From: Paenibacillus wynnii | GTDB lineage: Bacteria; Bacillota; Bacilli; Paenibacillales; Paenibacillaceae | Assembly (NCBI RefSeq): GCF_000757885.1 | Contig: NZ_JQCR01000001.1 | Coordinates: forward strand, 505,812 to 529,811 | Direction: 5' to 3' | DNA length: 24,000 nt | Shown here: piece after piece, positions 15,878 through 22,879 of the stretch | Layout of the letters: each line of letters begins with the position of its first letter | How positions within the stretch are numbered: position 1 is the stretch's first letter | The notes under the pieces: model-generated | Seen by the model: only the letters and a program-made list of their open reading frames with translations | What the model was told of the DNA's origin: nothing | The model's database searches: none | Made by a program: the position numbers and the translations under genes

Positions 15878-16492
15878 TTAACGGTAGGCGACATCAGAGA
15901 ACATATTCGTCACTTTATACCAGAGCCAACTTACCGCTTGGTCTATGCTTTTAACTTGCCCCGAGATATGGGCGGTTGAAGCTTGATACAATGTACCGTC
16001 AATAACGGTAACATTGCCGTTTACATCACCGTATACTTGGGCTTTACCGTTCTCAACCGTAAGATTTCCGGTGATCGTTTTGCCGGAAGGTACAATGACT
16101 GTATCTCCCTTAATTACAACCTGATCCAGATCACTACCCTTCACCACCAACTGTCCGTCCTGATTCCAGAATGTGACAGAACTTAGCAGCATCACCACGA
16201 GAAACAAGGAAGCCGCAGTAAGTGCAGGATGACTTCTGATCCAGCTGATAAAACGACGATCTTTCTTGGCTATAGGTAGCGAGTTCATGATTCGATGAGC
16301 GAGTTCATCCGAGGCAACAGGGCTATTGTGCATAAGCGAGAACATCAGCATATCTGTCTGTTCTAGTTCTTTGAACTTAACTCGGCAATCCGGACAGGAT
16401 ATAAGATGCTCCTTCAATTCCCGTTTCTGCTGATCGGGCAAGTCGTCATCCAGGTAGTCATGCATCATAGAGACGGCCAGTTTGCATTCCAT
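15878..16492 (-). CDS. rsiW: Anti-sigma-W factor RsiW (zf-HC2 N-terminal domain, single TM, extracytoplasmic domain)
   Basis: MECKLAVSMMHDYLDDDL...HLISCPDCRVKF (H-x3-C-x2-C zinc motif), a TM segment ALTAASLFLVVMLLSSV, and C-terminal ...TVIDGTLYQASTAHISGQVKSIDQAVSWLWYK. This is collinear with B. subtilis RsiW as I recall it. The start is chosen at ATG 16492 (AAAGGA RBS) rather than ORF-track 16510, which has no RBS. Confidence 0.9.
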   Translation of the reverse strand: MECKLAVSMMHDYLDDDLPDQQKRELKEHLISCPDCRVKFKELEQTDMLMFSLMHNSPVASDELAHRIMNSLPIAKKDRRFISWIRSHPALTAASLFLVVMLLSSVTFWNQDGQLVVKGSDLDQVVIKGDTVIVPSGKTITGNLTVENGKAQVYGDVNGNVTVIDGTLYQASTAHISGQVKSIDQAVSWLWYKVTNMFSDVAYR

Positions 16493-16564
16493 AGGAGCCA
16501 ATCCTTTCATGAGTGCTATTTAATTAATATCCGAAGACAGTTTATATGAGTCTTGCATAACTTA

Positions 16565-16592
16565 CATACGTGGTTAAACAGAAGACGTTTCA
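16565..16592 (-). promoter_or_regulatory. SigW-type ECF promoter (TGAAAC-N16-CGTATG) in the sigW-rsiW intergenic spacer
   Basis: Minus strand reads TGAAAC (16592-16587), GTCTTCTGTTTAACCA (16 nt), CGTATG (16570-16565). This matches the B. subtilis SigW consensus TGAAAC-N16-CGTA exactly in both elements and in spacing. Confidence 0.7.
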
Positions 16593-16609
16593 CTTAAATT
16601 AATGAAATT

Positions 16610-17176
16610 TTACATTTTAGGAGCTAATTTTTTACGTAAAAATTCACGTCCGCGGTGTACACGGGTTTTTATTGTCGTTACAGGCATGTCCATTACATCA
16701 CTTATCTCCTGAAGCGACAAATCCTGCAGATACCTTAAAATCATGACCGACCTATATTTCACAGGTAAACTATCAATAGCCTCATAAATCATGCTTTGAG
16801 TCTCTGATAGCAGCAATTCTGTCTCAGGTGTTACATTATCGCTTGGAATCATGGAATAGCCGTCAATGCCCTCCTGATCGTTCATTTCGGCGTCCAGAGA
16901 ATAGGTTGGCTTCCTCTTGCGCAGCCGATCAATACACAGGTTAGTCGCAATACGGTAAATCCATGTCGAAAACTTCTGTTTATCATCGTAACGATCCAAA
17001 TTTCTGTAGACGCGCAAAAAAGTCTCCTGAACAACATCTTCCGCCTCATGGCGATTGTTCAGCATCCGATACGCTAGATGATATATTTTGTCTTTATATA
17101 GTTCCACAAGTTCGGCAAATGCTCTTTGATCACCATTTAAGGCGAGCTTTGTCAATCTGCCCTCCACATTCTCCAC
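16610..17176 (-). CDS. sigW: ECF RNA polymerase sigma factor SigW
   Basis: 188 aa with a GTG start and a GGGGGAG RBS. Strong collinear similarity to B. subtilis SigW: FAELVELYKDKIYHLAYRMLNNRHEAEDVVQETF, KFSTWIYRIATNLCIDRLRKRKP, LPVKYRSVMILRYLQDLSLQEISDVMDMPVTTIKTRVHRGREFLRKKL. Confidence 0.93.
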   Translation of the reverse strand: MENVEGRLTKLALNGDQRAFAELVELYKDKIYHLAYRMLNNRHEAEDVVQETFLRVYRNLDRYDDKQKFSTWIYRIATNLCIDRLRKRKPTYSLDAEMNDQEGIDGYSMIPSDNVTPETELLLSETQSMIYEAIDSLPVKYRSVMILRYLQDLSLQEISDVMDMPVTTIKTRVHRGREFLRKKLAPKM

Positions 17177-17587
17177 CTGTTAACTCCCCCAGACTTGCCG
17201 CCCTTGGTATGTAAGGAATACACCTATCCACGGTACAAGCAATTAAAGCGTAATTCAAGTTTGGATAAAAATCAAGATATGTATTGTTACCTTCTATATA
17301 AATTAGGCTAAAAACGGCTGCAGTGGAAAAACCAGTGATAAAACGCAACTTCGAGAAGCATTTGGGCTTCCGATCGCTGTTATCCTCTGATTTCTTGATC
17401 TAAACCCAATTTGCGGTTGAAATCAGAGGATAGCATATGCTTTCGAAGCGAGCTTTCCTACGGAAAGCTTTCGGGCGAACGCTTACGCTTCTCCAATCCC
17501 AAATTTTCTCTACGTTACTTCATCACTGGAATAGAAATGCCTGCATTTTTTTCCATCCATTACATTTTGGTAACAATTAAGGGGGCA

Positions 17588-17627
17588 TAAAAAAACCGTC
17601 CGCCCCATTGATAAGGGACGGACGGTT
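17588..17627 (-). terminator. Rho-independent terminator of ppc
   Basis: Minus strand reads AACCGTCCGTCCC-ttatcaat-GGGGCGGACGGTT followed by TTTTTTAT. It lies about 15 nt after the ppc stop at 17643. Confidence 0.88.
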
Positions 17628-17642
17628 CATGTATCTAATGCA

Positions 17643-20435
17643 TCAGCCCGTATTACGAAGGCCGGCAGCAATACCATTAATAGTCAGGAGCACCTCACGC
17701 AGCAGCTCAGGGTCATCCCCGTCGCCATCACGCAACTCTCTAAGCTCAGACAGTAATTGCACTTGTAAATAACTGAGCGGATCGACATATGGATTACGCA
17801 GACGAATCGACTCTTGGATTACGGGTACATTATCCAAAATGTCCTGTTGACCTGTGATTTTTAGAATGAGCTCAGAAGTTAATTTGAACTCCTCTTCAAT
17901 CTGTCCAAAAATCCGCAGACGAGCTTCCTCGTTCTTGCCCATACTTGCATATTCCTTAGCAATGACCAAATCCGCTTTAGAGATCGCCATTTGCAGAGTA
18001 TCGACTAGGGTAGTGAAGAATGAGAAGTTCTCATACATATGTCGCATGATTTCCAAATTCTCTTCCTTCCCCTCATAGAAGCTCTGAAGGCCAGTTCCGG
18101 CTGCATACCAGGCAGGGAGCAAGTAACGGCTTTGCGTCCATGCAAATACCCAAGGAATGGCGCGGAGATCCTCGAAACGGTCACTGTTCTTGCGCTTGGA
18201 TGGTCGAGAGCCGATATTCAGCTCACCCACCTCAGGCAAAGGAGTCGACTCTTTAAAATAAGTAAGGAAATCCGGATCACGGAAAATCAAATCCTGATAT
18301 TTCTTAAGTGATACTTCAGAAATACGGGCAACGATTTCTTCCCACTTGGATTCATACAGATCCGTTTGTGGAGTTTTGGCATGTATAGCTGCCGTTACTA
18401 GTGCAGATGTAGCCTGCTCCAAGCTTCGGTAAGCAATACCGCGCATAGAATAACGTGAAGAAATTACTTCGCCTTGTTCCGTAATCTTAATCCCGCCACC
18501 AATTGTTGATGCCGGCTGTGCTAGAATACTGCGGTTCAGCGGCATTCCGCCGCGTCCGAGCGCTCCGCCGCGTCCGTGGAAGAATTTCAGCTTAATGCCG
18601 AACTTGTCGGCTGTAGCCGTAATCTGTTTCAGGGCAACACGCAGCTTCCAGTTCGCGGTAACCACACCGCCGTCTTTATTACTGTCGGAATATCCAAGCA
18701 TAATCTCCTGTAAATCATTCATAGCGGTTACAGCCTGACGATAAATAGGCATGCTTAGCAGCGTATCCATAATTTGCGGAGCTTCATGAAGATCTTCAAT
18801 GGTTTCGAATAAAGGTACGGCCTGCAGTGTACACACTACGGTGCCATCTTTATCCTTACGGAACAGCCCTACCTCTTTAGCAAATACCATTACCTCAAGA
18901 ATATCGCTTGCGGCCTCTGACATACTAATTAAGTAGCTGGTTATACACTGTTTACCGTATTCATCCTGCGCTTTGAATACCGTTCTGTATACTTCCAGAC
19001 ATTCCTCTGTACTCTCCGTATAAACCTGATAAGGGGACGTGAGCGGCCGAGGATCATTTAGCAGACCCTCAAGAAGCGCAACTTTTTCCTCTTCCGGCAG
19101 TTCCGCATAATTTTCAGCGATGTTCATTTTTGCTAGAATTTCAGTCATCGCATTTTCATGTTCCTGACTATGCTGACGAATGTCGAGGGTTGCCGTATGG
19201 AATCCAAACAGCTCCACTTGGCGGATAAGCTTCTTAATATAGGTATCAGCCACATAGTCTGCATAGTGGAAGCGTAGACTGCGGTCAATTACATTTAAAT
19301 CATGTATAAAATCTTCTGGTGAAGAATACCGTACCGGTGTCCCCTTTTTCTCATCGTCCAGGACGTTTTGAGTTTTGGAGATCATATAGCTCAGTTTGAT
19401 CCGGTAAGGCTCATGATCATTACGCCAAGCGTCAACCGGGTTCAGGTTAATAATGGCTCGATCCTGCGCAATGGATTCAGCAAGTTCAGGAGTCACATCA
19501 ATAATACTTGTACTGAAACTCAGGTAACGCATAAGCTCTCTCATGATTCGTTGATATTCCCGTATAGCAAGCTTACGCTGCATCCGAAGCGTCTGCAGAG
19601 TTATGGAAGAGGTTACGGATGGATTACCGTCACGGTCGCCCCCGATCCATGAACCAAAGCGCAGATACGTAGGTACATGCCAATTCTGACCAGGATAATA
19701 TTTACTTAGGCAGCGCTCAAGCTCTTGGTACACATCAGGAAGCACATGAAATATGGTCTCATGGAAATAATACATCCCATTTCGAACCTCATCGAGCACA
19801 GTCGGTTTACGATCACGTAGCTCATCCGTCTGCCATAATGTGATTACTTCATTTAATAACTTCTCACGAAGCTGCTCACGTTCACGGAAAGTTAATGTAG
19901 GATTATCCAGACCCATGACATCATCAGATATCCGCTTGTGAATATCCAATATCGCCCGTCTCATAGCCTCAGTAGGATGAGCAGTCATCACTAGTTCCAA
20001 TGACAGGCCTTTTATAATCTCTTCGACTTCATTATGTGAGAAATCTCGTTCCCGTAATTCTTGGATGGCGCTCTCTATAGATCCAGGTTGAACCGTCTCC
20101 CCAGCTGAACGTTCATAATCCCGTTTCCGGCGGATTCGGTGATTCTGTTCTGCAATATTCACCAATTGAAAATAAATGGCGAAAGCCCGTATAACCTGAT
20201 GGCGGTTAACCGGATCCAGAGAACTGATCAACTCTTTAAATTCACTGTGCAGTTCAGGCAAAAACAATGAGCGCAACGATTTACTGGTTTCTCGGATTTT
20301 CTCAACAATCTCCAGCAATTCATTCCCGCCTTGATGAACCAAGACCTCGCCCAAGATATTCCCCAAGAACCGTACGTCCCGCCGCAGCAGATTGTTTGAA
20401 TTGCTTTTGCTAACGGTAGTCGTAAGTTCGGTCAT
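17643..20435 (-). CDS. ppc: Phosphoenolpyruvate carboxylase
   Basis: 930 aa. Conserved motifs [30 protein letters not shown], and the C-terminal ...[20 protein letters not shown]. Confidence 0.97.
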   Translation of the reverse strand: MTELTTTVSKSNSNNLLRRDVRFLGNILGEVLVHQGGNELLEIVEKIRETSKSLRSLFLPELHSEFKELISSLDPVNRHQVIRAFAIYFQLVNIAEQNHRIRRKRDYERSAGETVQPGSIESAIQELRERDFSHNEVEEIIKGLSLELVMTAHPTEAMRRAILDIHKRISDDVMGLDNPTLTFREREQLREKLLNEVITLWQTDELRDRKPTVLDEVRNGMYYFHETIFHVLPDVYQELERCLSKYYPGQNWHVPTYLRFGSWIGGDRDGNPSVTSSITLQTLRMQRKLAIREYQRIMRELMRYLSFSTSIIDVTPELAESIAQDRAIINLNPVDAWRNDHEPYRIKLSYMISKTQNVLDDEKKGTPVRYSSPEDFIHDLNVIDRSLRFHYADYVADTYIKKLIRQVELFGFHTATLDIRQHSQEHENAMTEILAKMNIAENYAELPEEEKVALLEGLLNDPRPLTSPYQVYTESTEECLEVYRTVFKAQDEYGKQCITSYLISMSEAASDILEVMVFAKEVGLFRKDKDGTVVCTLQAVPLFETIEDLHEAPQIMDTLLSMPIYRQAVTAMNDLQEIMLGYSDSNKDGGVVTANWKLRVALKQITATADKFGIKLKFFHGRGGALGRGGMPLNRSILAQPASTIGGGIKITEQGEVISSRYSMRGIAYRSLEQATSALVTAAIHAKTPQTDLYESKWEEIVARISEVSLKKYQDLIFRDPDFLTYFKESTPLPEVGELNIGSRPSKRKNSDRFEDLRAIPWVFAWTQSRYLLPAWYAAGTGLQSFYEGKEENLEIMRHMYENFSFFTTLVDTLQMAISKADLVIAKEYASMGKNEEARLRIFGQIEEEFKLTSELILKITGQQDILDNVPVIQESIRLRNPYVDPLSYLQVQLLSELRELRDGDGDDPELLREVLLTINGIAAGLRNTG

Positions 20436-20676
20436 GCTGCTCCCCCCATCCTCTTCCGGATCAATGTCTTAACATTGTCTATTAAAAAGCTTTCCTCATA
20501 TCATACAATAAATCACATCGAAAATCTCCAACTTTATTGCGCTGTAAAGCGACAGAGCACTTTAAAGATTATACACCATTATGACTATTTATGCAGTGGT
20601 TATTATTTGTATAGATATGTCATTAGAATGGCTGGAGCAACTGTGGTTTATGTAAGATTTTAAATTCAGCATGAGC

Positions 20677-20705
20677 AAAAAAAGCCAGCTCCATGAGCTG
20701 GCTTT
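20677..20705 (-). terminator. Rho-independent terminator closing the prophage lysis cassette
   Basis: Minus strand reads AAAGCCAGCTC-atg-GAGCTGGCTTT followed by TTTTTG. It lies about 90 nt downstream of the holin stop at 20795. Confidence 0.8.
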
Positions 20706-20794
20706 CATGTTACGTTGTATCCGAATTGCACACTGGGAGTACCCTCTTTACCTCTGAGGTTTTTTCTATATTATTTTATATTAATGAAGAATTA

Positions 20795-21079
20795 TTATTT
20801 TCTTTTCCCTGTAAACCCTGGTCTGTCCTTAAAAGCTAGCTCAAATAATCCAGTAGCAGAGAGTCCAGCTATAGCCCCTGCCCAGAGACGTAAACCGAGA
20901 TCCAAATTGCTAATAGGGCCGGAGACTACACCTACTAGCAGCCCTAATAACAACCCAACAATTGGAACGATATTTCGAGGAATAGAGATGCTTTTTTTGA
21001 CCAACTGAACCAGTGCCAGAACAAATACTGACAATCCAGATGCAAAGCTTAATACATAATTTAAGACCTCATTATTCAT
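20795..21079 (-). CDS. Phage holin, Hol118/A118-like (Phage_holin_1 type)
   Basis: 94 aa with three hydrophobic segments and a charged C-terminus. LVQLVKKSISIPRNIVPIVGLLLGLLVG...WAGAIAGLSATGLFELAFKDR parallels Listeria phage A118 Hol118 (…FVQAIKKTELVPSKWLP…WAGALAGAGGTGLFEQF…) as I recall it. GGAGG RBS. Confidence 0.85.
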   Translation of the reverse strand: MNNEVLNYVLSFASGLSVFVLALVQLVKKSISIPRNIVPIVGLLLGLLVGVVSGPISNLDLGLRLWAGAIAGLSATGLFELAFKDRPGFTGKRK

Positions 21080-21109
21080 CTTTCTAATCCTCCCTAGCTT
21101 TATAATGGA

Positions 21110-21811
21110 TTATTTTTCTTCATAACGGCTGGTAATTTTGACAGTTTGGGTCGTGGAATCGTAGCTTATCTTCGCCCCTAAAGCTTTCGCCAGAGCTCGA
21201 ACCGGAACATATGTGATCCCGTTTTCCAGTATTCCATCAGCCACTTTCACTCCGTTCACCTGTATAACAGCAGTCACGACATTATCCGCCGTCTGTGCAT
21301 CTCTTGCCTTAATGATTGCATAAGCTGCATTGATTGCACTCTCTGAAGGCTTCGCACCGCCCCTCAGTTTTGCAAGAGTTAGCCCTAATGTCATTTGCAA
21401 ATGGGGGTAGTCTTTGAAACTGGACCAATCGCCGCCCCACTCAAACCCGAGCGCCTTGGCCTGCTGTACAACCTCCTGCCAATCAGCTATCCTATCACCG
21501 TCGCCGTCACGACACATATCCCAGGATACTGCTGTACCACTAGGTAGGAGCAGGGCAAAATCAATAGCCAGCCCATAGTTATGATAGCTATAGCCTCCTT
21601 TGGCATAGGTTACAACCACTCCAGGCTTTGTACGTCCTTGTGCATATAGTGCATCCTGCTCGGCTATCGTCCGCAGGCCTTGAGTGATCAGGATAGGAAC
21701 ACCGTTTGCATAACAACGCTCTATCAGCAACGTAGCAGCATTCAGTACTACGGGGTGAAGTCCGGCAAGCCGGGCTGTACATTTATTTTTTATCTGGGTC
21801 AGGTTCAGCAT
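21110..21811 (-). CDS. Endolysin: peptidase M15 (LAS-type, L-alanyl-D-glutamate peptidase/VanY-like) catalytic domain + C-terminal copper-amine-oxidase-N-terminal-like ('stalk') domain
   Basis: Zn ligands in SYHNYGLAIDF (H-x6-D) and DYPHLQM. GLRTIAEQDALYAQGRT is typical of M15 phage peptidases. The C-terminus VIQVNGVKVADGILENGITYVPVRALAKALGAKISYDSTTQTVKIT matches the vNGk...g.tyvPlRalaealGa.v.wd..tktv motif. Start preferred at ATG 21811 (GGAGGT RBS). The ORF-track start 21838 (ATGA overlap with the upstream gene) remains possible. Confidence 0.88.
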   Translation of the reverse strand: MLNLTQIKNKCTARLAGLHPVVLNAATLLIERCYANGVPILITQGLRTIAEQDALYAQGRTKPGVVVTYAKGGYSYHNYGLAIDFALLLPSGTAVSWDMCRDGDGDRIADWQEVVQQAKALGFEWGGDWSSFKDYPHLQMTLGLTLAKLRGGAKPSESAINAAYAIIKARDAQTADNVVTAVIQVNGVKVADGILENGITYVPVRALAKALGAKISYDSTTQTVKITSRYEEK

Positions 21812-21834
21812 GTTTACCTCCGTTTCTATGGGAC

Positions 21835-22104
21835 TCATTCCGAATCCCCTTTTCTCTTTATTGCGCGGCGTTCACTGATATCGTTTTTGATCTCGCGAAC
21901 GTCCTCTGACAGTCTTTCATATTGCCTCGCCAGCTTTTCAAACTGTGCTGAGATTTCATCAATAAACGACATCAGCTTCCCTTCACGAGCATGTGCATCG
22001 TCTTGATTCCGCTGAGATTCTTTCAGTTGATACAGATACAGCGATATAAACAGCACCGCCCAAAGGCCATCTTTTAACGCGGCGTTGATAAGATTTGTTT
22101 CCAA
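21835..22104 (-). CDS. BhlA/UviB-family holin-like protein
   Basis: 89 aa with a TTG start (GGGGGTG RBS). It has a single N-terminal TM (GLWAVLFISLYLYQL) followed by a charged coiled coil (…FIDEISAQFEKLARQYERLSEDVREIK). This is the BhlA/UviB architecture, in the expected position immediately upstream of the endolysin. Confidence 0.75.
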   Translation of the reverse strand: METNLINAALKDGLWAVLFISLYLYQLKESQRNQDDAHAREGKLMSFIDEISAQFEKLARQYERLSEDVREIKNDISERRAIKRKGDSE

Positions 22105-22119
22105 TCTTTCACCCCCATA

Positions 22120-22163
22120 AAAAATAGAAGAGGCCGAGCTGTTGCCCGACCTCTTCTATTTTT
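22120..22163. terminator. Strong symmetric hairpin (bidirectional terminator-like) between the tail-fibre module and the lysis cassette
   Basis: AAAAATAGAAGAGG (22120-22133) pairs perfectly with CCTCTTCTATTTTT (22150-22163). A-run and T-run flanks give a U-tract on either strand. Confidence 0.65.
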
Positions 22164-22167
22164 CTCA

Positions 22168-22308
22168 CTATACTGTTACCGACGGCTTGCCATCTGTGCC
22201 TGAACCTAGCGCCTCCAGCTCTGCTTTAACGGCTGGCTGCAAGCTTGCTGGAACTTGCGCAAAAGTCTTAAAACCTTTTACGATCAAAGAAACATATACT
22301 GTGACCAT
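22168..22308 (-). CDS. Small conserved phage protein (46 aa) in the XkdX position; not in the supplied ORF track
   Basis: Hand translation: ATG 22308 preceded by GAGAGGAGGTAAGGCA, giving MVTVYVSLIVKGFKTFAQVPASLQPAVKAELEALGSGTDGKPSVTV, with stop TAG at 22170-22168. The pattern hydrophobic-Y-x-x-L-I-x-K-G-x-K-T-x-x-x-V-P recurs in small proteins between tail-fibre and holin genes of Firmicutes phages (recollection, not searched). Confidence 0.7.
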   Translation of the reverse strand: MVTVYVSLIVKGFKTFAQVPASLQPAVKAELEALGSGTDGKPSVTV

Positions 22309-22347
22309 TGCCTTACCTCCTCTCAGAACGCAAAAAAGGAACTAAGG

Positions 22348-22392
22348 ACGGCTCCTTTAATTGCTATTTTTGAGTAACAAAAAAGGAGCCGT
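22348..22392. terminator. Hairpin downstream of the 22407 gene (ACGGCTCCTTT / AAAGGAGCCGT, long loop)
   Basis: 11-bp perfect arms at 22348-22358 and 22382-22392 with a 23-nt AT-rich loop. The plus strand has TTTTTT after it. An alternative small hairpin is GGAGCC(22385-22390)/GGCTCC(22400-22405). Confidence 0.4.
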
Positions 22393-22406
22393 TTTTTCTG
22401 GCTCCC

Positions 22407-22859
22407 TTAAACGCTGATTGCGAGTAGCTGTTCATAAACATCGACAAGTGCAAGCTGCATACTTGTGGTCTCAGCCTGTGCGTTGAGCAATTTTTCGTAG
22501 GTATCCGCAAGAGCCTTTTGTGTATTTAGTGCATCCGACTCTAGCGTTTTCACTTTGTCAGATAGCGGAGGCTCTGGGGGAGTTGGTTCTCCTGGTGTGG
22601 CAGGATCAGGATAACTGAATAGAAGCTCTTTGGTTACTGGGTCTACCCCTTTTAATCGCCCTGTTTGGAAGTCTTGCGCGTATTCTCCGTACTCCAGAGT
22701 CATAACCTCTACGGTTTCCCTTACCCTCTCTGCAAGGCTTACATAGACTTCAAAATCTTGATCGACTGTGGTTTCGATTACGTCGCCAGATCGCTCTCCA
22801 GTATCAATTAGGACATTGCCCGTTTTATTATCGTAATAAATTTTTCTACCTATATTCAT
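22407..22859 (-). CDS. Phage hypothetical protein in the XkdW position (N-terminal globular domain, Pro-rich hinge, C-terminal coiled coil)
   Basis: 150-aa ORF with an AGGGAGAGG RBS. PATPGEPTPPEPP linker, then LESDALNTQKALADTYEKLLNAQAETTSMQLALVDVYEQLL. It immediately follows the tail-fibre gene. Confidence 0.7.
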   Translation of the reverse strand: MNIGRKIYYDNKTGNVLIDTGERSGDVIETTVDQDFEVYVSLAERVRETVEVMTLEYGEYAQDFQTGRLKGVDPVTKELLFSYPDPATPGEPTPPEPPLSDKVKTLESDALNTQKALADTYEKLLNAQAETTSMQLALVDVYEQLLAISV

Positions 22860-22879
22860 TTAGTTACCTCTCCCTTTAT

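Noticed and set aside
17130-17348. 72-aa minus-strand ORF overlapping the sigW start
   Set aside because: It overlaps the sigW RBS and start in another frame, has no RBS of its own, and its sequence resembles no family I know.
20436-20795. tRNA or other integration-target gene at the prophage junction
   Set aside because: No cloverleaf-compatible GC-rich stems or a GTTCGAATC-like T-arm are visible. The segment is AT-rich promoter/terminator DNA.
20475-21008. Plus-strand ORFs 20475-20663 and 20715-21008
   Set aside because: The first lies in the AT-rich ppc promoter region with no RBS. The second is antisense to the well-supported Hol118-like holin.
22142-22345. 67-aa plus-strand ORF
   Set aside because: It is antisense to the 46-aa minus-strand gene that has a strong RBS and phage-typical sequence. 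It also runs through the terminator hairpin.
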